Source of the DNA: Octopus sinensis | Lineage: Eukaryota | Length of the DNA: 64,000 bases | Direction of reading: 5' to 3' | Assembly (NCBI RefSeq): GCF_006345805.1 | Contig: NC_043002.1 | Span: 108,438,001-108,502,000 of the forward strand | Part shown: positions 50,432 through 63,711 of the stretch, in pieces | Layout: the number at the start of each line of letters is the position of its first letter | Numbering within the stretch: position 1 is the stretch's first letter | Position numbers and translations under genes: made by a program | The notes under the pieces: model-generated | What the model was told of the DNA's origin: nothing | The model's database searches: none | What the model saw: only the letters and a program-made list of their open reading frames with translations

Positions 50432-50907
50432 GTTTTTTTTTTTGCTTGTTCTTGTTTGGATTGACTATATATATATATATATAAATTTGGGGTGTGTTGC
50501 ATTCCATTACATGATAATTGAAAAAATGTATAAACAAATGACATAACGTACACTGAATGTAAAAACAAACAGGAGACAAACAGAAAGTTCATGATTCTCC
50601 ATCAGTTATCGACCAATGGTACTGTTCCTCCCCTGCTTTCCTTTTCCTCTGCCTGCTGCTGTCACATGTCCAGCAGCCAGTTCCTCTTTTTATCCCCTTC
50701 TTAGACTGGTCCCTTAGCTCACCAGTCACAAATTCTGTCTCTCTGTTCACCATCCTTCAAAACATTTTTCAAGCATTACCCACTATTCTCGTCTCCTTGG
50801 CCCCAAGGCCATATTTCGTTGAACTGTTTGTCCTCATCCACCATCCTAAATCATATTCTGTGTCATTTTGCTTGTTTTGTTTTATTTTGTTTTGCTCTTA
50901 TCCTTAA

Positions 50908-51305
50908 TCTTTATATATAAAAGTGAAGTTGTGTGTCTGTCTCCTACGATTTAGATTCCTAACTGCTCCCACATTTTGCGGTGCAGTGTAACCAAAAGCG
51001 GGTATCTTATAGTCGTGATTCATATCGAGCCCTTCTGGGTATTAGTACGCGTCTACGATGAGTCTACGATTTAAAAAAAAATTTACCATCATTTTTTTCC
51101 ATTTTAATGAATTTTTCGCTATTATATAAGGGAAGTAACTCTCCAAAAATGTCTACGATGAGTCAATGATTTTAAAAAAAAATTTACCATAATTTTTTTT
51201 CCATTTTTAATGCATTTTTTTGCTGTTTTTTGGCTATAACTCTCTAAAAATGCTTATATAGTTATTTCCCTTACAAACCCGAGCAATGCCGGGCAATACT
51301 GCTAG
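50908..51305 (+). mobile_element. Non-autonomous Helitron (398 bp)
   Basis: A|TCTTTATATATAAAAG start; 3' hairpin CCCGagcaatgcCGGG then CTAG|T. Confidence 0.85.
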
Positions 51306-51497
51306 TTCTACATAAGAAAACTTTTTTGCAGGCACCGCCAATTGGGAAGCACTCAGTCTTATCGTTAAAGGTGCAAAACTGAACAGTACCATTGGTTAAT
51401 AACTGATGAATAATTATGGACTTTCTGTTTGTTTCCCTCTCGTTTTTACATTCAATATATGTTACGTTGCTTGTTTATACATTTTTTCATTTATATA

Positions 51498-51537
<40 letters not shown>

Positions 51538-51566
51538 CTACTCTAGGCACAAGGCCTGAAATTTTG

Positions 51567-53200
51567 CCTTATTTACTTGCTTGCCTTGCTTGCTTGCTTG
51601 CCTTACTTGCTTGCCTTACTTGCTTGCTTGGTTGCTTGCTTGCCTTACTTACTTGCTTGCTTGCCTTACTTACTTGCTTGCTTACTTGCCTTACTTACTT
51701 GCTTGCTTACTTGCCTTGCTTGCTTACTTGCCTTACTTACTTGCTTGCTTACTTGCCTTACTTACTTACTTGCTTACTTACTTACTTGCTTTACTTACTT
51801 GCTTGTTTGCTTATTTGCCTTACTTACTTGCTTGCTTACTTGCCTTACTTACTTGCTTGCTTACTTGCCTTACTTACTTGCTTGCTTACTTGCCTTACTT
51901 ACTTGCTTGCTTACTTACTTGCTTGCCTTACTTGCCTTACTTACTTGCCTTACTTACTTGCCTTACTTACTTGCCTTACTTACTTGCCTTACTTACTTGC
52001 TTGCTTACTTGCCTTACTTACTTGCTTGCTTGCTTACTTGCCTTACTTACTTACTTGCTTGCTTACTTGCCTTACTTACTTGCCTTACTTACTTGCTTGC
52101 TTACTTGCCTTACTTACTTGCTTGCTTACTCGCCTTGCTTGCTTGCTTGCCTTGCTTGCTTGCCTTGCTTGCTTGCCTTGCTTGCTTGCCTTACTTGCTT
52201 GCTTACCTTACTTACTTGCTTGCCTTACTTGCTTGCTTGGTTGCCTTACTTACTTGCTTGCCTTACTACTTGCTTGCTTACTTGCCTTACTTACTTGCTT
52301 GCTTGCTTACTTGCCTTACTTACTTACTTGCTTGCTTACTTGCCTTACTTACTTGCCTTACTTACTTGCTTGCTTACTTGCCTTACTTACTTGCTTGCTT
52401 ACTCGCCTTGCTTGCTTGCTTGCCTTGCTTGCTTGCCTTGCTTGCTTGCCTTGCTTGCTGCCTTACTTGCTTGCTTACCTTACTTACTTGCTTGCCTTAC
52501 TTGCTTGCTTGGTTGCCTTACTTACTTGCTTGCCTTACTTACTTGCTTGCCTTACTTGCTTGCCTTGCTTGCTTGCCTTACTTACTTGCTTGCTTACTTG
52601 CCTTACTTACTTGCTTGCTTACTTGCTTTACTTACTTGCTTGCTTACTTGCTTTACTTACTTGCTTGCTTGCTTACTTGCCTTACTTGCTTGCTTACCTT
52701 GCTTGCTTGCCTTACTTGCTTGCTTGACTTACTTACTTGCTTGCCTTACTTGCTTGCTTGGTTGCTTGCTTGCCTTACTTACTTGCTTGCTTGCCTTACT
52801 TACTTGCTTGCTTACTTGCCTTACTTACTTGCTTGCTTACTTGCTTTACTTACTTGCTTGCTTGCTTACTTGCCTTACTTACTTACTTCCTTGCTTGCCT
52901 TACTTACTTGCTTGCTTGCCTTACTTGCCTCGCTTGCTTGCCTTATTTGCTTGCTTGCCTTGCTTGCTTGCTTGCCTTATTGCTTGCTTGCCTTACTTGC
53001 TTTCCTTACTTGCTTGCTTGCTTTACTTGCTTGCTTGCTTGCTTGCTTGCCTTACTTGCTTTCCTTACTTGCTTGCTTGCCTACTTGCCTTACTTGCTTG
53101 CTTGCTTGCTTACTTGCTTGCTTGCCTACTTGCCTTACTTGCTTGCTTGCTTACTTGCTTGCTCGCTCACTCGCTCACTTACTCACTCACTTACTTACTT
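51567..53200. repeat. 1.6-kb complex minisatellite of CTTA/CTTG/CTTGC units
   Basis: Direct inspection. Rare variant units recur at about 272-bp and 1130-bp offsets. Confidence 0.97.
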
Positions 53201-53515
53201 CTGGTGAGAGAGTGAGTATTGACTTTACTCCTATAAAGCTCTTAGCTGTAAAGGCAACTCATCAGATCCCTTGGCCAGAAGAACATAGCCACTCTGCAAC
53301 TGGATGAAGGAAAGCGTCTTGCTCAGTTAAGGTTGTAAACAACAAATCCTGAAATGAAATTTAATCGTCTGGCAATCATCCAAGGTAAAATGGAGTTATC
53401 TCCCTTAGATAGGTTTCAGTTGCATCTGAAAAGGGTCACTGTATAGAATATTACATACATACATACATACACATATATATATGTATGTATGTATATGTGC
53501 ATGCACACACACACA

Positions 53516-53890
53516 TCATCATCATCATCATTGTTCGACCGTGGTCGAGACAATGGAATTTACCATGCTACGCCAGACTTTACGGTCCATCATGGCATTA
53601 CGGAGGTCCTGTTGCTGGATGCCTGTATCCCTGGAGATTACATCAGGGTAGGAGAGTGTGCGCCCTCTGGTATTACGAGTAGATGGCTTCCAGAGGAGAA
53701 GAGTAGAAATTACCTCGTTTTCATCTCTACAATAATGTCCAGCAAACTGCACTCTCTTACCTTTCACAAGAGATGACACAGGTGGTAGTTTCCCATATAT
53801 TTGCATTTTGGTTGGATGGCGCTTCCACGAGAGATTTTGGGCTCTCATAAAGAGGCGAGTGTAGGTTCCATCCAACCGTCTCTCAAGCTT
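53516..53890 (-). mobile_element. 3' end of an RTE/RTEX-like LINE
   Basis: ERRLDGTYTRLFMRAQNLSWKRHPTKMQIYGKLPPVS..RVQFAGHYCR..LLWKP..GRTLSYPDVI..MMDRKVWR*, followed directly by a (TGA)n tail. Confidence 0.8.
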
Positions 53891-54059
53891 CTTACACATA
53901 CACACACACACACACGGTTGTGTGGTTAAGAAGTTTGTTTCATAATGAAGTTGCTTCAGGTTCTGTTCAACTGTATGGCACCCTGGCTCCAGACTGACCA
54001 AAGTTTGTGAGTGAATTTAGGTGGTGGAAACTGAAAAGAAGCTCTTCAAACATAGATGT

Positions 54060-54365
54060 ATGTGTGTGTGAGTGTGTGTGTGTGTGTGTGTGAGTGAGTG
54101 AGTGTGTGTGTGTGTGAGTGTGTGAGTGAGTGTGTGAGTGAGTGAGTGTGTGTGTGTGAGTGAGTGAGTGTGTGTGTGTGTGAGTGAGTGAGTGTGTGCG
54201 TGTGTGAGTGAGTGTGTGTGTGTGTGTGAGTGAGTGAGTGAGTGTGAGTGTGTGTGTGTGAGTGAGTGTGTGTGTGTGTGAGTGTGTGTGTGTGAGTGAG
54301 TGTGTGTATGTGTGTGAGTGAGTGAGTGTGTGAGAGTGAGTGAGTGAGTGTGTGTGTGTGTGTTT
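54060..54365. repeat. (GT/GAGT)n microsatellite
   Basis: Direct inspection. Confidence 0.95.
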
Positions 54366-54442
54366 CTGTCTCCTTGACATCATGTCACCCTGGACATCAT
54401 ATGCTAACCACAAGCAATCCTCACAGTTCAACAAATGGTACA

Positions 54443-54562
54443 CTTCTCTATTTAAGAGGTGAGGAATTATGTACATTGTTTACATTATTTACATTTGACG
54501 GATATTTGTCCTCATCCTGTTTGTTATTAACACAACCTTTCGGCTGATATACCTTCCAGCCT
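54443..54562 (-). mobile_element. 3' fragment of the hammerhead-bearing SINE
   Basis: Tail plus GGCTG..CAGCC GAAAG GTT GTGTT on the minus strand; truncated before CTGATGA. Confidence 0.7.
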
Positions 54563-55766
54563 TTGTTTATAATTTCCTACAAAAACATGTTTGGACTAGG
54601 GAAAAGCATCGACTTGCTTGGAAACGTGTGAGGGTTGGTAAAAGGGTCAGTGACCAACCATAAAGAATCTGCCTTAACGAAACCTATCTGACCCATGCCA
54701 GCGGGGAACAAATAGATGTTAAATGGTGATGATGACGAGACAGGCAGGCAGACAGATGAGCGGAGGTGATGTGATAACTGGAAGCACTCCGTCGGTTACG
54801 ACGACGAGGGTTCCGGTTGATCCGAATCAACGGAACAGCCTGCTCGTGAAATTAACGTGTAAGTGGCTGAGCACTCCACAGACACGTGCACCCTTAACGC
54901 AGTTCTCGGGGATATTCAGCGTGACACAGAGAGTGACAAGGCCGGCCCTTTGAAATACAGGTACAAGAGAAACAGGAAGTAAGAGTGAGAGAAAGTTGTG
55001 GTGAAAGAGTACAGCAGGGATCACCACCATCCCCTGCCGGAGCCTCATGGAGCTTTGGGTGTTTTCGCTCAATAAACACTCACAACGCCCGGTCTGGGAA
55101 TCGAAACCACAATCCTATGACCACGAGTCCGCTGCCCTAACCACTGGGCCATTGCGCCTCCACTGATGTGATAATACCATTTGTGTCAAGAATATGGTTG
55201 TGGAGGAATATACTTCAGCAAACATTCTATACACAAACCCCAAATATGGTAGTCTTTCATATTGCATGATATAAGGAGTTGAAAAACTGTAATGAACTAA
55301 TATTATCTAAGTGATTAGTAGGTAAAAGCTCCCACTAACAGGGTTAAATCTGAAAACAAAAATCAATGGAAAGAACACGAATCATGATGATGATGATGAT
55401 CATCATCATCATTGTTTAACGTCCATCTTCCATGCTGGGTCAGATTAAATAATATTCCTACAAATGGGGATCTTTCTTCGTTTTGTGAAATGAGTGGACA
55501 ACAGTACTTTGCTGAAGAGATGTAATAAGACCAAAACATGTCCACTGCTTTGACCATTAGTTTAAAGTTAAGATCCACTCCAGTCTACATTGTTATTTTC
55601 GTAAATTTTAATGAATTGATCTTACTAAATTATCTTCCTTGCATGTTTCCTTTTTAAATTTTAACCAGTACCTGTAGAGTACCTGTAGAGGGATTTTTTA
55701 TCTATTAGTCACTTAGATAATCTCTGTTTCTTAAAGTTTATCAACTTGCTATATTACACATATGAG

Positions 55767-56006
55767 GCGAAAGTTTGCGGCGAGCTGGCATAAACGTTAG
55801 CGTGCAGGGCGAAATGCTTAGCGGTATTTCGTCTGTCGTTACGTTCTGAGTTCGAATTCCGCCAAGGTCGACTTTGCCTTTCATCCTTTCGGGGTCAATA
55901 AATAAAGTACCAGTTTCGCACTGGGGTCGATGTAATCGACTTAATCCCTTTGTCAGTCCTTGTTTGTCCCCTCTATGTTTAGCCCCTTGTGGGTAGTAAA
56001 GAAATA
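55767..56006 (+). mobile_element. SINE C copy with a 17-bp target site duplication
   Basis: TATATTACACATATGAG at 55750-55766 and 56007-56023. Confidence 0.9.
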
Positions 56007-57357
56007 TATATTACACATATGAGATCTTATTGTACTTTCTGTATTAGCTGTCAAAATTATTCACCCACACCTGTCAATGAGCAGAGGAAAAACACCTGTC
56101 AAAATGACTCGTAAGGGAAAGGAAGACAACTTTGAATAATTAGGATGCAATTTCCTGCACATATAACATACTGTGAGACCCTCCTGTATTTATTTATAGT
56201 GGGAAGAGCATTATTACTCATCTTATCAAACAGTGGGTGTGCTGACGAACACAGACACAAAGACACACACATACACATATATATATATATACATACCATC
56301 ATCATCATCATCATCGCTTAATGTTCGCTTTCCATTCTGGCATGGGTTGGACGGTTTGACTGGGGTCTGGCAAGCCAGGAGGCTGCACCAGGCTCCAATC
56401 CAATCTGGCAAAGTTTCTACAGCTGGATGCATTCTTAATGCCAACCAACCATTTATTTGCATCATTTTGTTGTTAAGATATACTCTTTACTCTTTTACTC
56501 TTTTACTTGTTCCAGTCAACTGACTGCGGCCATGCTGGAGCACCGCCTTTAGTCGAGCAAATCGACCTCAGGACTTATTCTTTGTAAGCCCAGTACTTAT
56601 TCTATCGGTCTCTTTTGCCGAACCGCTAGTGACGGGGACATAAACACACCAGCATCGGTTGTCAAGCAATGCTAGGGGGACAAACACAGACACACAAACA
56701 TACACATACACATATATATATACATATATACGACAGGCTTCTTTCAGTTTCCGTCTACCAAATCCACTCACAAGTGCATTGGTCGGCCCAAGGCTATAGC
56801 AGAAGACACTTGCCCAAGATGTCACGCAGTGGGACTGAACCCTGAACCATGTGGTTGGTTAGCAAGCTAATAGCTTTCTATTGTGTTTTTTAAAAAATTA
56901 TTTCTATCTAAGTGATTAGTAAATAAAAACTCCCACTAATGGGGTTAAATCTGAAAACAAAAATCAATGGACAGAACACGAATCATCATCATCATCATTT
57001 AACGTCCTTCTTAGCAACTAAATCATGATGCAAATAGATTAGCTATACATCCCCAACTCTCTGTTTTCTTACATTATTAATTTTATCTATATATATGTAT
57101 ATATATAAGTATCTTCATCATTTAACTTGCAGTTTCCATGCTGGCATGGTTTGGACAGATTGACATGAGGTGGCATGGTTGGAGAGCTGCACCAGGTTCC
57201 ACCGTCTGTTTTGGCATGGTTTCTACAGCTGGATGCCTTTCCAAATGCCAACCACTTTGCAGGGAGTACTGGGTGCCTTTTACGTGGCACCATCACCAGA
57301 ACTTTCTTTGTAGCACTAGCACCAGTGCTTGTTACACACACACACACACACATGGAT

Positions 57358-57390
<33 letters not shown>

Positions 57391-58047
57391 CATATATACG
57401 ATGGCCTTTCATGCAGTTTCCATATATCAGATTCACTCATGAGGCATTGCTCAGTCTGAGGAGCATAGCAGAAGACACTTGCCCAAGGTGCCACGTTGTG
57501 AAACTGAACTTGAAACCTTTTGGCTGCCAATAAACATCTTATTCACACCCAGCCGTTTTGATGGTGCAAACCATCACCAGCTTCCCCATGTATTGATTTC
57601 AAATTTGGAACAAGCCCAGCAATTTCAGGATAGAGAATAAGTCCATTACATCACTCCCCAGCAATCAACTGGTGCTTATTTTATCGACCCCAGAAATTGT
57701 GAAAAGCAAAGGTGACCTCAACAGGATTTGAACTCAGAACGTAAAGACAGTTATAATGCTGCTGATTGTTCTGCGGAGTATGCTAATGATTCTAGCAGTC
57801 GGCCACCCTTGTCTTTTGGTATCAGCCTTTTGATTCTTATATTCTTTTACTTGTTTCAGTCATTTTTGACTGCGGCCATGCTGGAGCACTGCCTCTTAGT
57901 CAAAGAAATCGACCCCTGGACTTATCCTTTGCAAGCCTGGTACATATTCTATCGGTCTCTTTTGTCAAACCTCTAAGTTACAGGGACATATACACACCAA
58001 CAGCGGTTGTTGAGCAATGGTGGAAGGACAGATATAGACACAAACAC

Positions 58048-58094
<47 letters not shown>

Positions 58095-58120
58095 CATATA
58101 TATATATACATATATATATA

Positions 58121-58186
<66 letters not shown>

Positions 58187-58192
58187 TGTGTG

Positions 58193-58238
<46 letters not shown>

Positions 58239-58285
58239 TATGGTGTATGTATATATATATATACACATATATATGTGTATGTATG

Positions 58286-58329
<44 letters not shown>

Positions 58330-59090
58330 TACAACAGGCTTCTTTCAATTTCCGTCTCCCAGATCCACTCACAAGGCTTTGGTCAGCTCAAGGCTGTAGT
58401 AAGACACTTGCCCAAGGTGCCATGCAGTGGGACTGAACCCAGAGCTACGTGGTTGAGAAGCATGCTACTTACCACACAGCTATGCCTGCGCCTATGATAT
58501 CAACTGATGTAGGTAAATGGCGGTCTGGATCACAGATCTGCTTAATTAACTAGAATTAATTAGAACTAGATAAGACAGGTGATACAGAGGGAAAATATCA
58601 ATGAATAAGTTATAATGTAGTTATTTAAAAGCTAGAAATAGCAGCCAAATATCATCTCACTGAAATCATATCTGCTATATTAGGAAAGAAATGCATACCC
58701 TGAATAATGTAGTCCTCTATGTTAACAGATTCATCATCATCATCATCATCATCGTTTAACGTCTGCTTTCCATGCTAGCATGGGTTGAATGGTTTGACTG
58801 TGGGCTGGCAAACCAGATGGCTGCACCAGGCTCCAGTCTTGATCTGGCAGAGTTTCTACAGCTGGATGCCCTTCCTAACACCAACCACTCAGAGTGTAGT
58901 GGGTGCTTTTATGTGCCACCAGCACAGGGGCCAGTCAGGCAGTACTGGCAACAACCTCGCTCGAATTTTTTTATTTTTTGCTGTTATTTCTAGCAACTTG
59001 GGTTTTTAAGGAAATGAACCATTGTTGGTTACTGTATTCTTGCTAATATATCATAATGACAGCAAGCTTGTTAGTTCATCGAGCTTGTTA

Positions 59091-59475
59091 TCTTTATATA
59101 TAAAAGTGAAGTTGTGTGTCTGTCTCCTACGATTTAGATTCCTAACTACTCCCACATTTTGCGGTGCAGTTTAACCAAAACCGGGTATCTTATAGTCGTG
59201 ATTCATATCGAGCCCTTCTGGGTATTAGCGCACATCTACGATGAGTCTACGATTAAAAAAAAAATTTACCATCATTTTTTTGCATTTTCCTGCTATTATA
59301 TAAGGGAAGTAACTCTCTAAAAATGTCTACAATGAGTCAACGATTTAAAAAAAATTTACCATAATTTTTTTTCCAATTTTAATGCATTTTTTTGCTATTT
59401 TTTGGCTATAACTCTAAAAATGCTTATATAGTTATTTCCCTTACAAACCTGAGCAACGCCAGGCGATACTGCTAG
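59091..59475 (+). mobile_element. Non-autonomous Helitron, same family as 50908-51305
   Basis: Same 5' TC start and body; hairpin CCTGagcaacgcCAGG then CTAG. Confidence 0.85.
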
Positions 59476-60984
59476 ATTAGTAATATAACTTCATTGAATT
59501 TTTTAATGTTTTGATTCAGGGCAGAACAGACAAAGAACAAAGATTTACTTATGACCTTTGGTTCAACCAGTAAATATGAAGAGAGGAAAGGAGGAAGTTG
59601 TCTTCAATGCTAATGTGACCATAAAAGACTTAACAAACGATATCCGTTTTGAATATCCTAAGAAATTGAACCAATGATTAACATACATGTGATGGTGGCC
59701 AGTTCACAGATGGGATTACACTGTGCATTGTATGCTAACCCAGTAATTACAACACAGAATAAGCATCCTGTCAACCAATAACATTCCAAAATACCAATCC
59801 TACAGAAGTCTGGGAGTGTTTCAGGTAAGAGGAGCAGATAATAGTTTCTATTATAGTTAATTGCAGGGTCAAATTATTTCTTAAAATGGAGAATATACTA
59901 TAAATGCCTAGCTACAGTATGCAGTCATGTGTGTGTGTGTGTTTATTGTTGTTGTTTTTGCCACAGGTCAACGTTTTTTACAGATCTATAATCAAAGGCA
60001 GTCCAGCTGTGACTAACCAGCATTTCCTAGGATGGTAGGGTAGTGATTTGAGGGAGATTTGTTAGCTCTTTCTTTGGGGTTGAGAAACACTATAGAGTCT
60101 CCCTCATTAGACAATACAAATATATATGTATATACATCATCATCATCATCGTTTAATGTCTGTTATCCATGGTAGCATACATATATATATATATATATGC
60201 ATTTGTGCACATGATTACTATGCGAGAACCACTAAGTTACTGGACATAAACACACCAACATCGATTGTCGAGCGATGGTGGGGCACAGACACAGACATAG
60301 AAATACATACATACATACATACATATATATATGTGTGTGTGTGTGTATGTATGTATGTATATATGAATATATGATGGGCTTCTTTCAGTTTCTGTCTATA
60401 AAATTTACTCACAAGGCTTTGGTTGGCCCAAGATTACAGTAGAAGACACTTGCCCAAGGTGCCATCCAGTGGGACTGAACCTGGAACCATATGGTTGGGG
60501 AGCAAGCTTCCTACCACACAACCACTCCTGCACCTATCTATTTTTATATACACACACACTCACTCACTCACTCACACACACACACACATCTATATATACA
60601 TACATAAGGCATAAGCACAGCTGTGTGGTTAAGCAGCTTCCTTCCCAAACCGTGTGGTTTCAGGTTCATTTCCATGCGCAGTAATTTGGGCAAATTGCCT
60701 TCTACTCTGTTCTGGTCCTGTCTTAAATGAAATAAGTAACTTCAATGCCATGGCAACTCAAAGGAAACACAATGAGTCTGACCAGTTTGTTTTGATTTAC
60801 AAAGAATGACTCAGCTTCTCATATCACAGATTCTTGTTGTGGTTCTGTCAAACCATAACATATATTCTTTTGTTTACTTTCAATCTGACATCACTTTCAT
60901 TCTTCATCATACACACACACACACATATATATATATTTATGATATATATATGTATATATATATATTTATGATATATATATCATA

Positions 60985-61661
60985 TCTATAAAAGGCATGA
61001 TGTGTGTGTGTACGTGATTGTAATTTATGCACGTCCATAAATTAGCACGCATGTCGCTCCAATTTTTGGAGGACATTTGTCAACACCCTATCTGGGTTTT
61101 GTCAACTTATTTTTTGCCCGATGCACCCACGGATAGCGGTAAAATTCTATTTTCAGCCATAGCTTTTAGCCATAAAAAATATCAGCCATAGTTTTTTGAT
61201 GACGTCTAACAAAAAAAAAAATAAGATAAAGAAAAGTGGAAGAGGGGCAGAGAGTTTCACGGGGGAAAGACAAAGTGAGAGAGAGAGAGAGAGTAAGTGA
61301 CGACATTCATAAAAAATAAAATGTAAAATGTTTTGTTTTTTCTTAAACACGAGATATAGTGTTCAAATTCTGGATGTTTTTGAAAGACACTATATTTTAT
61401 AATCATAGTATATATACTTTCTCACACAACAGTTACAATATATTTATTATAAATCATTTATTTATTTTAAATCGTTCATCTTTCTCCCTCCTCTCTCTCT
61501 CACACACATTACTTTGGGTGCAAAAGAGTTTTGTTTTTATTTTACGCCGAGTAAAAAAGTTATTGTTGAGAGTCGATATTACTTAGTTTGGTTTGAAATA
61601 AAGAACTTGATTAGCTTAATAATCATAACTTAATCCTGGGCAAAGCTGGGTTATGCTGCTA

Positions 61662-61662
<1 letters not shown>
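60985..61662 (+). mobile_element. Non-autonomous Helitron (third family)
   Basis: A|TCTATAAAAGG start; degenerate 3' hairpin atcctgggcaaagctgggtt then CTAG|T. Inserted in a tttatga(TA)n repeat. Confidence 0.7.
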
Positions 61663-61704
<42 letters not shown>

Positions 61705-61934
61705 GACATATATATATATATATATATTTATGACATAATATATATATATTTATGATATATATATATTTATGACATAAATATATATATATATATTTATGAC
61801 ATAATATATATATATATATTTATGATATATATATATATATATAATTTATTATATAGAAGGAGCTTCTACAAATTCCTTCTAAGTTGTATTGAGTACCTTA
61901 TTTACTGTGGTTAACCCCGAATCAACCCGGGACC

Positions 61935-61977
<43 letters not shown>

Positions 61978-61984
61978 ATACAGA

Positions 61985-62318
61985 TGTGAAAGCACATGGC
62001 TCAGTTGTTAGAGTGTCAAGCTTACAATTGTGAGGTTGTGAGTTCGATTCCTGGACTGGGCTGCATGTTGTGTTCTTGAGCAAGACTTTATTTCTTGTTG
62101 CTCCAGTTCACTCTGCTGTAGAAATGAGTTACGATGTCACTGGTGCCAAGCTGTATCGGCCCCTTTGCCTTTCCTTTGGATAACATCAGTGGTGTGGAGA
62201 GGGGAGGCTGGTATGCATGGGTGACTGCTGGCCTTCCACAAACAACCTTGCCTGGACTTGTGCCTCGGAAGGTAACTATCTAGGTGCAATCCCAAGGTCA
62301 TTCATGACCGAAGGGGAT
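61985..62318 (+). mobile_element. tRNA-derived SINE family F
   Basis: Head TGGCTCAGTTGTTAG..GAGTTCGATTCC, central ttgagcaagact..gctccagttcactctgctgtagaaatgagt. Degenerate relative near 49360-49600. Confidence 0.75.
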
Positions 62319-62359
62319 GCCCTCCTAATATATACAGATAATATATATATGTATATATA

Positions 62360-62792
62360 TAATTAATAATAAAATATTAGGGAATAAATCCAAACTTACA
62401 GGGAAAAATCAGATTTAGGATTGAGTCCAATTTTATAGTAAAATATTATATTATATTAAATTAGAGATATTATTAAATATTTAAACCTCGCTAAGTTAAA
62501 TATTTAAACCACCTGAAGAATGACTGTAACTCGAAATTTTAAGAATTGGACAGCCATGAAACGATCGTAGTGTTATACTAATTATCTTTTTTAATAATTT
62601 TGATATATTTAAATAATATAAATTAATTAATCTTATGTATTGGCTTAAGTTTTTCATTGTATGATTTGCCTAATAGTGGTTTTATCTCTAATTTAATATA
62701 ATATAATATTTTACTATAAAATTGGATTCAATCCTAAATCTGATTATTCCCTGTAAGTTTGGATTTATTCCCTAATATTTTATTATTAATTA
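62360..62792 (+). mobile_element. Fold-back PLE-type element, 110-bp arms around a hammerhead-containing loop
   Basis: Arms 62360-62469 and 62683-62792 (2 mismatches). Confidence 0.8.
62510..62572 (+). ncRNA. Minimal type I hammerhead ribozyme motif
   Basis: CAC-CTGAAGA (62513-62519)-ATGaCTGT..ACAGcCAT (stem II, 7/8 pairs)-GAAAC (62558-62562)-GATC-GTA-GTG. Palindromic stem III ACGATCGT. Confidence 0.6.
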
Positions 62793-63015
62793 TACACGTC
62801 AAAACAGAAACTGACCACACAAAATTCAAGAAGTCTTTGGACAAATTCCTTCAAACAGTCCCGGACAAACCACCCACACCCAGATATGTCTCCACAAACA
62901 ATAACCCTCCGCTCAAATGGGCCTGGGTACCCAAATCCTGAATTGAAAGATTTCGCCAGGTGGTGCTATTAAGTTAAACATGGCCTGGGCCAATATTGGC
63001 CAAAACCTTTCTAAG
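62793..63015 (+). mobile_element. 3' end of a CR1/L2-like LINE
   Basis: VKTETDHTKFKKSLDKFLQTVPDKPPTPRYVSTNNN fits the FK..LD.FL..VPD.P C-terminal motif. Confidence 0.65.
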
Positions 63016-63711
63016 TTATATATATATAGATACAGATATTGTTTTGAGCTGGGTGGAGGTGCTAGATTCCCTTGTTCGAAAATATAAGGACACAGATCAT
63101 GTCGTTTGGCCAGCTGGAGATGATGTCTCCTGGAGCTAAATTACACCAACGTTCGTTCTAAACCAGGTCTGCCATGTTATTATGTTGGCAAACAATCTCA
63201 ACAGATCAATCTTCAGTTATTTTATATCGTAACAGAGCTGAGGTTTTTTGTGCCCATGGCTACCATCACTTTTTATTTACTGTAAAACATGTGAATGAAA
63301 TGTAACAAAATTACCTCCCAAATAAATTCACTTACAATATACTACAAGATACTGGCAGGTACTCAGTAAACAGGTTATAAGCACTCTTTCAGCTGTTTTT
63401 ATGGTGTGTTATCCAATACACAGAGGATCCCCAGGTGAACCAGAGCTAAACAGACATCCACAAAGCACCAGATGAACCACTCTAAAGCAGACATTCCATT
63501 GCTGTAGACTTCATGACATCTCGAAGAGTAAATAGACAAAAAACAGACAGGTGCAGGAGTGGCTGTGTGGTAAGTAGCTTGCTTACCAACCACATGGTTC
63601 CGAGTTCAGTCCCACTGCGTGGCACCTTGAGCAAGTGTCTTCTATTATAGCCTTGAGCCGACCAAAGCCTTGTGAATGGATTTGGTAGATGGAAACTGAA
63701 AGAAGCCTGTC

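Noticed and set aside
51429-53307. ORFs of 432-576 aa rich in L/A/C/Y/T
   Set aside because: They are translations of the CTTA/CTTG minisatellite, open in all three frames because the units cannot form stops. No domain content.
53528-54001. 157-aa ORF as a host gene
   Set aside because: It fuses SINE and microsatellite sequence to the C-terminus of an RTE-like LINE.
850-58436. Many poly-YI, poly-V, poly-I/L/N and HT-rich ORFs in the track
   Set aside because: They are read-through of (TA)n, (CA)n, (TAA)n and (ACC)n microsatellites, or of SINE A/B consensus sequence (recurring peptides such as RRHLPKVP and LQLDALPNANH).
59521-59829. Plus-strand exon suggested by acceptor ttttgattcAG and donor CAG|GTAAGA
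   Set aside because: No single frame is open between the sites and no partner exons were found; it could be a decayed fragment.
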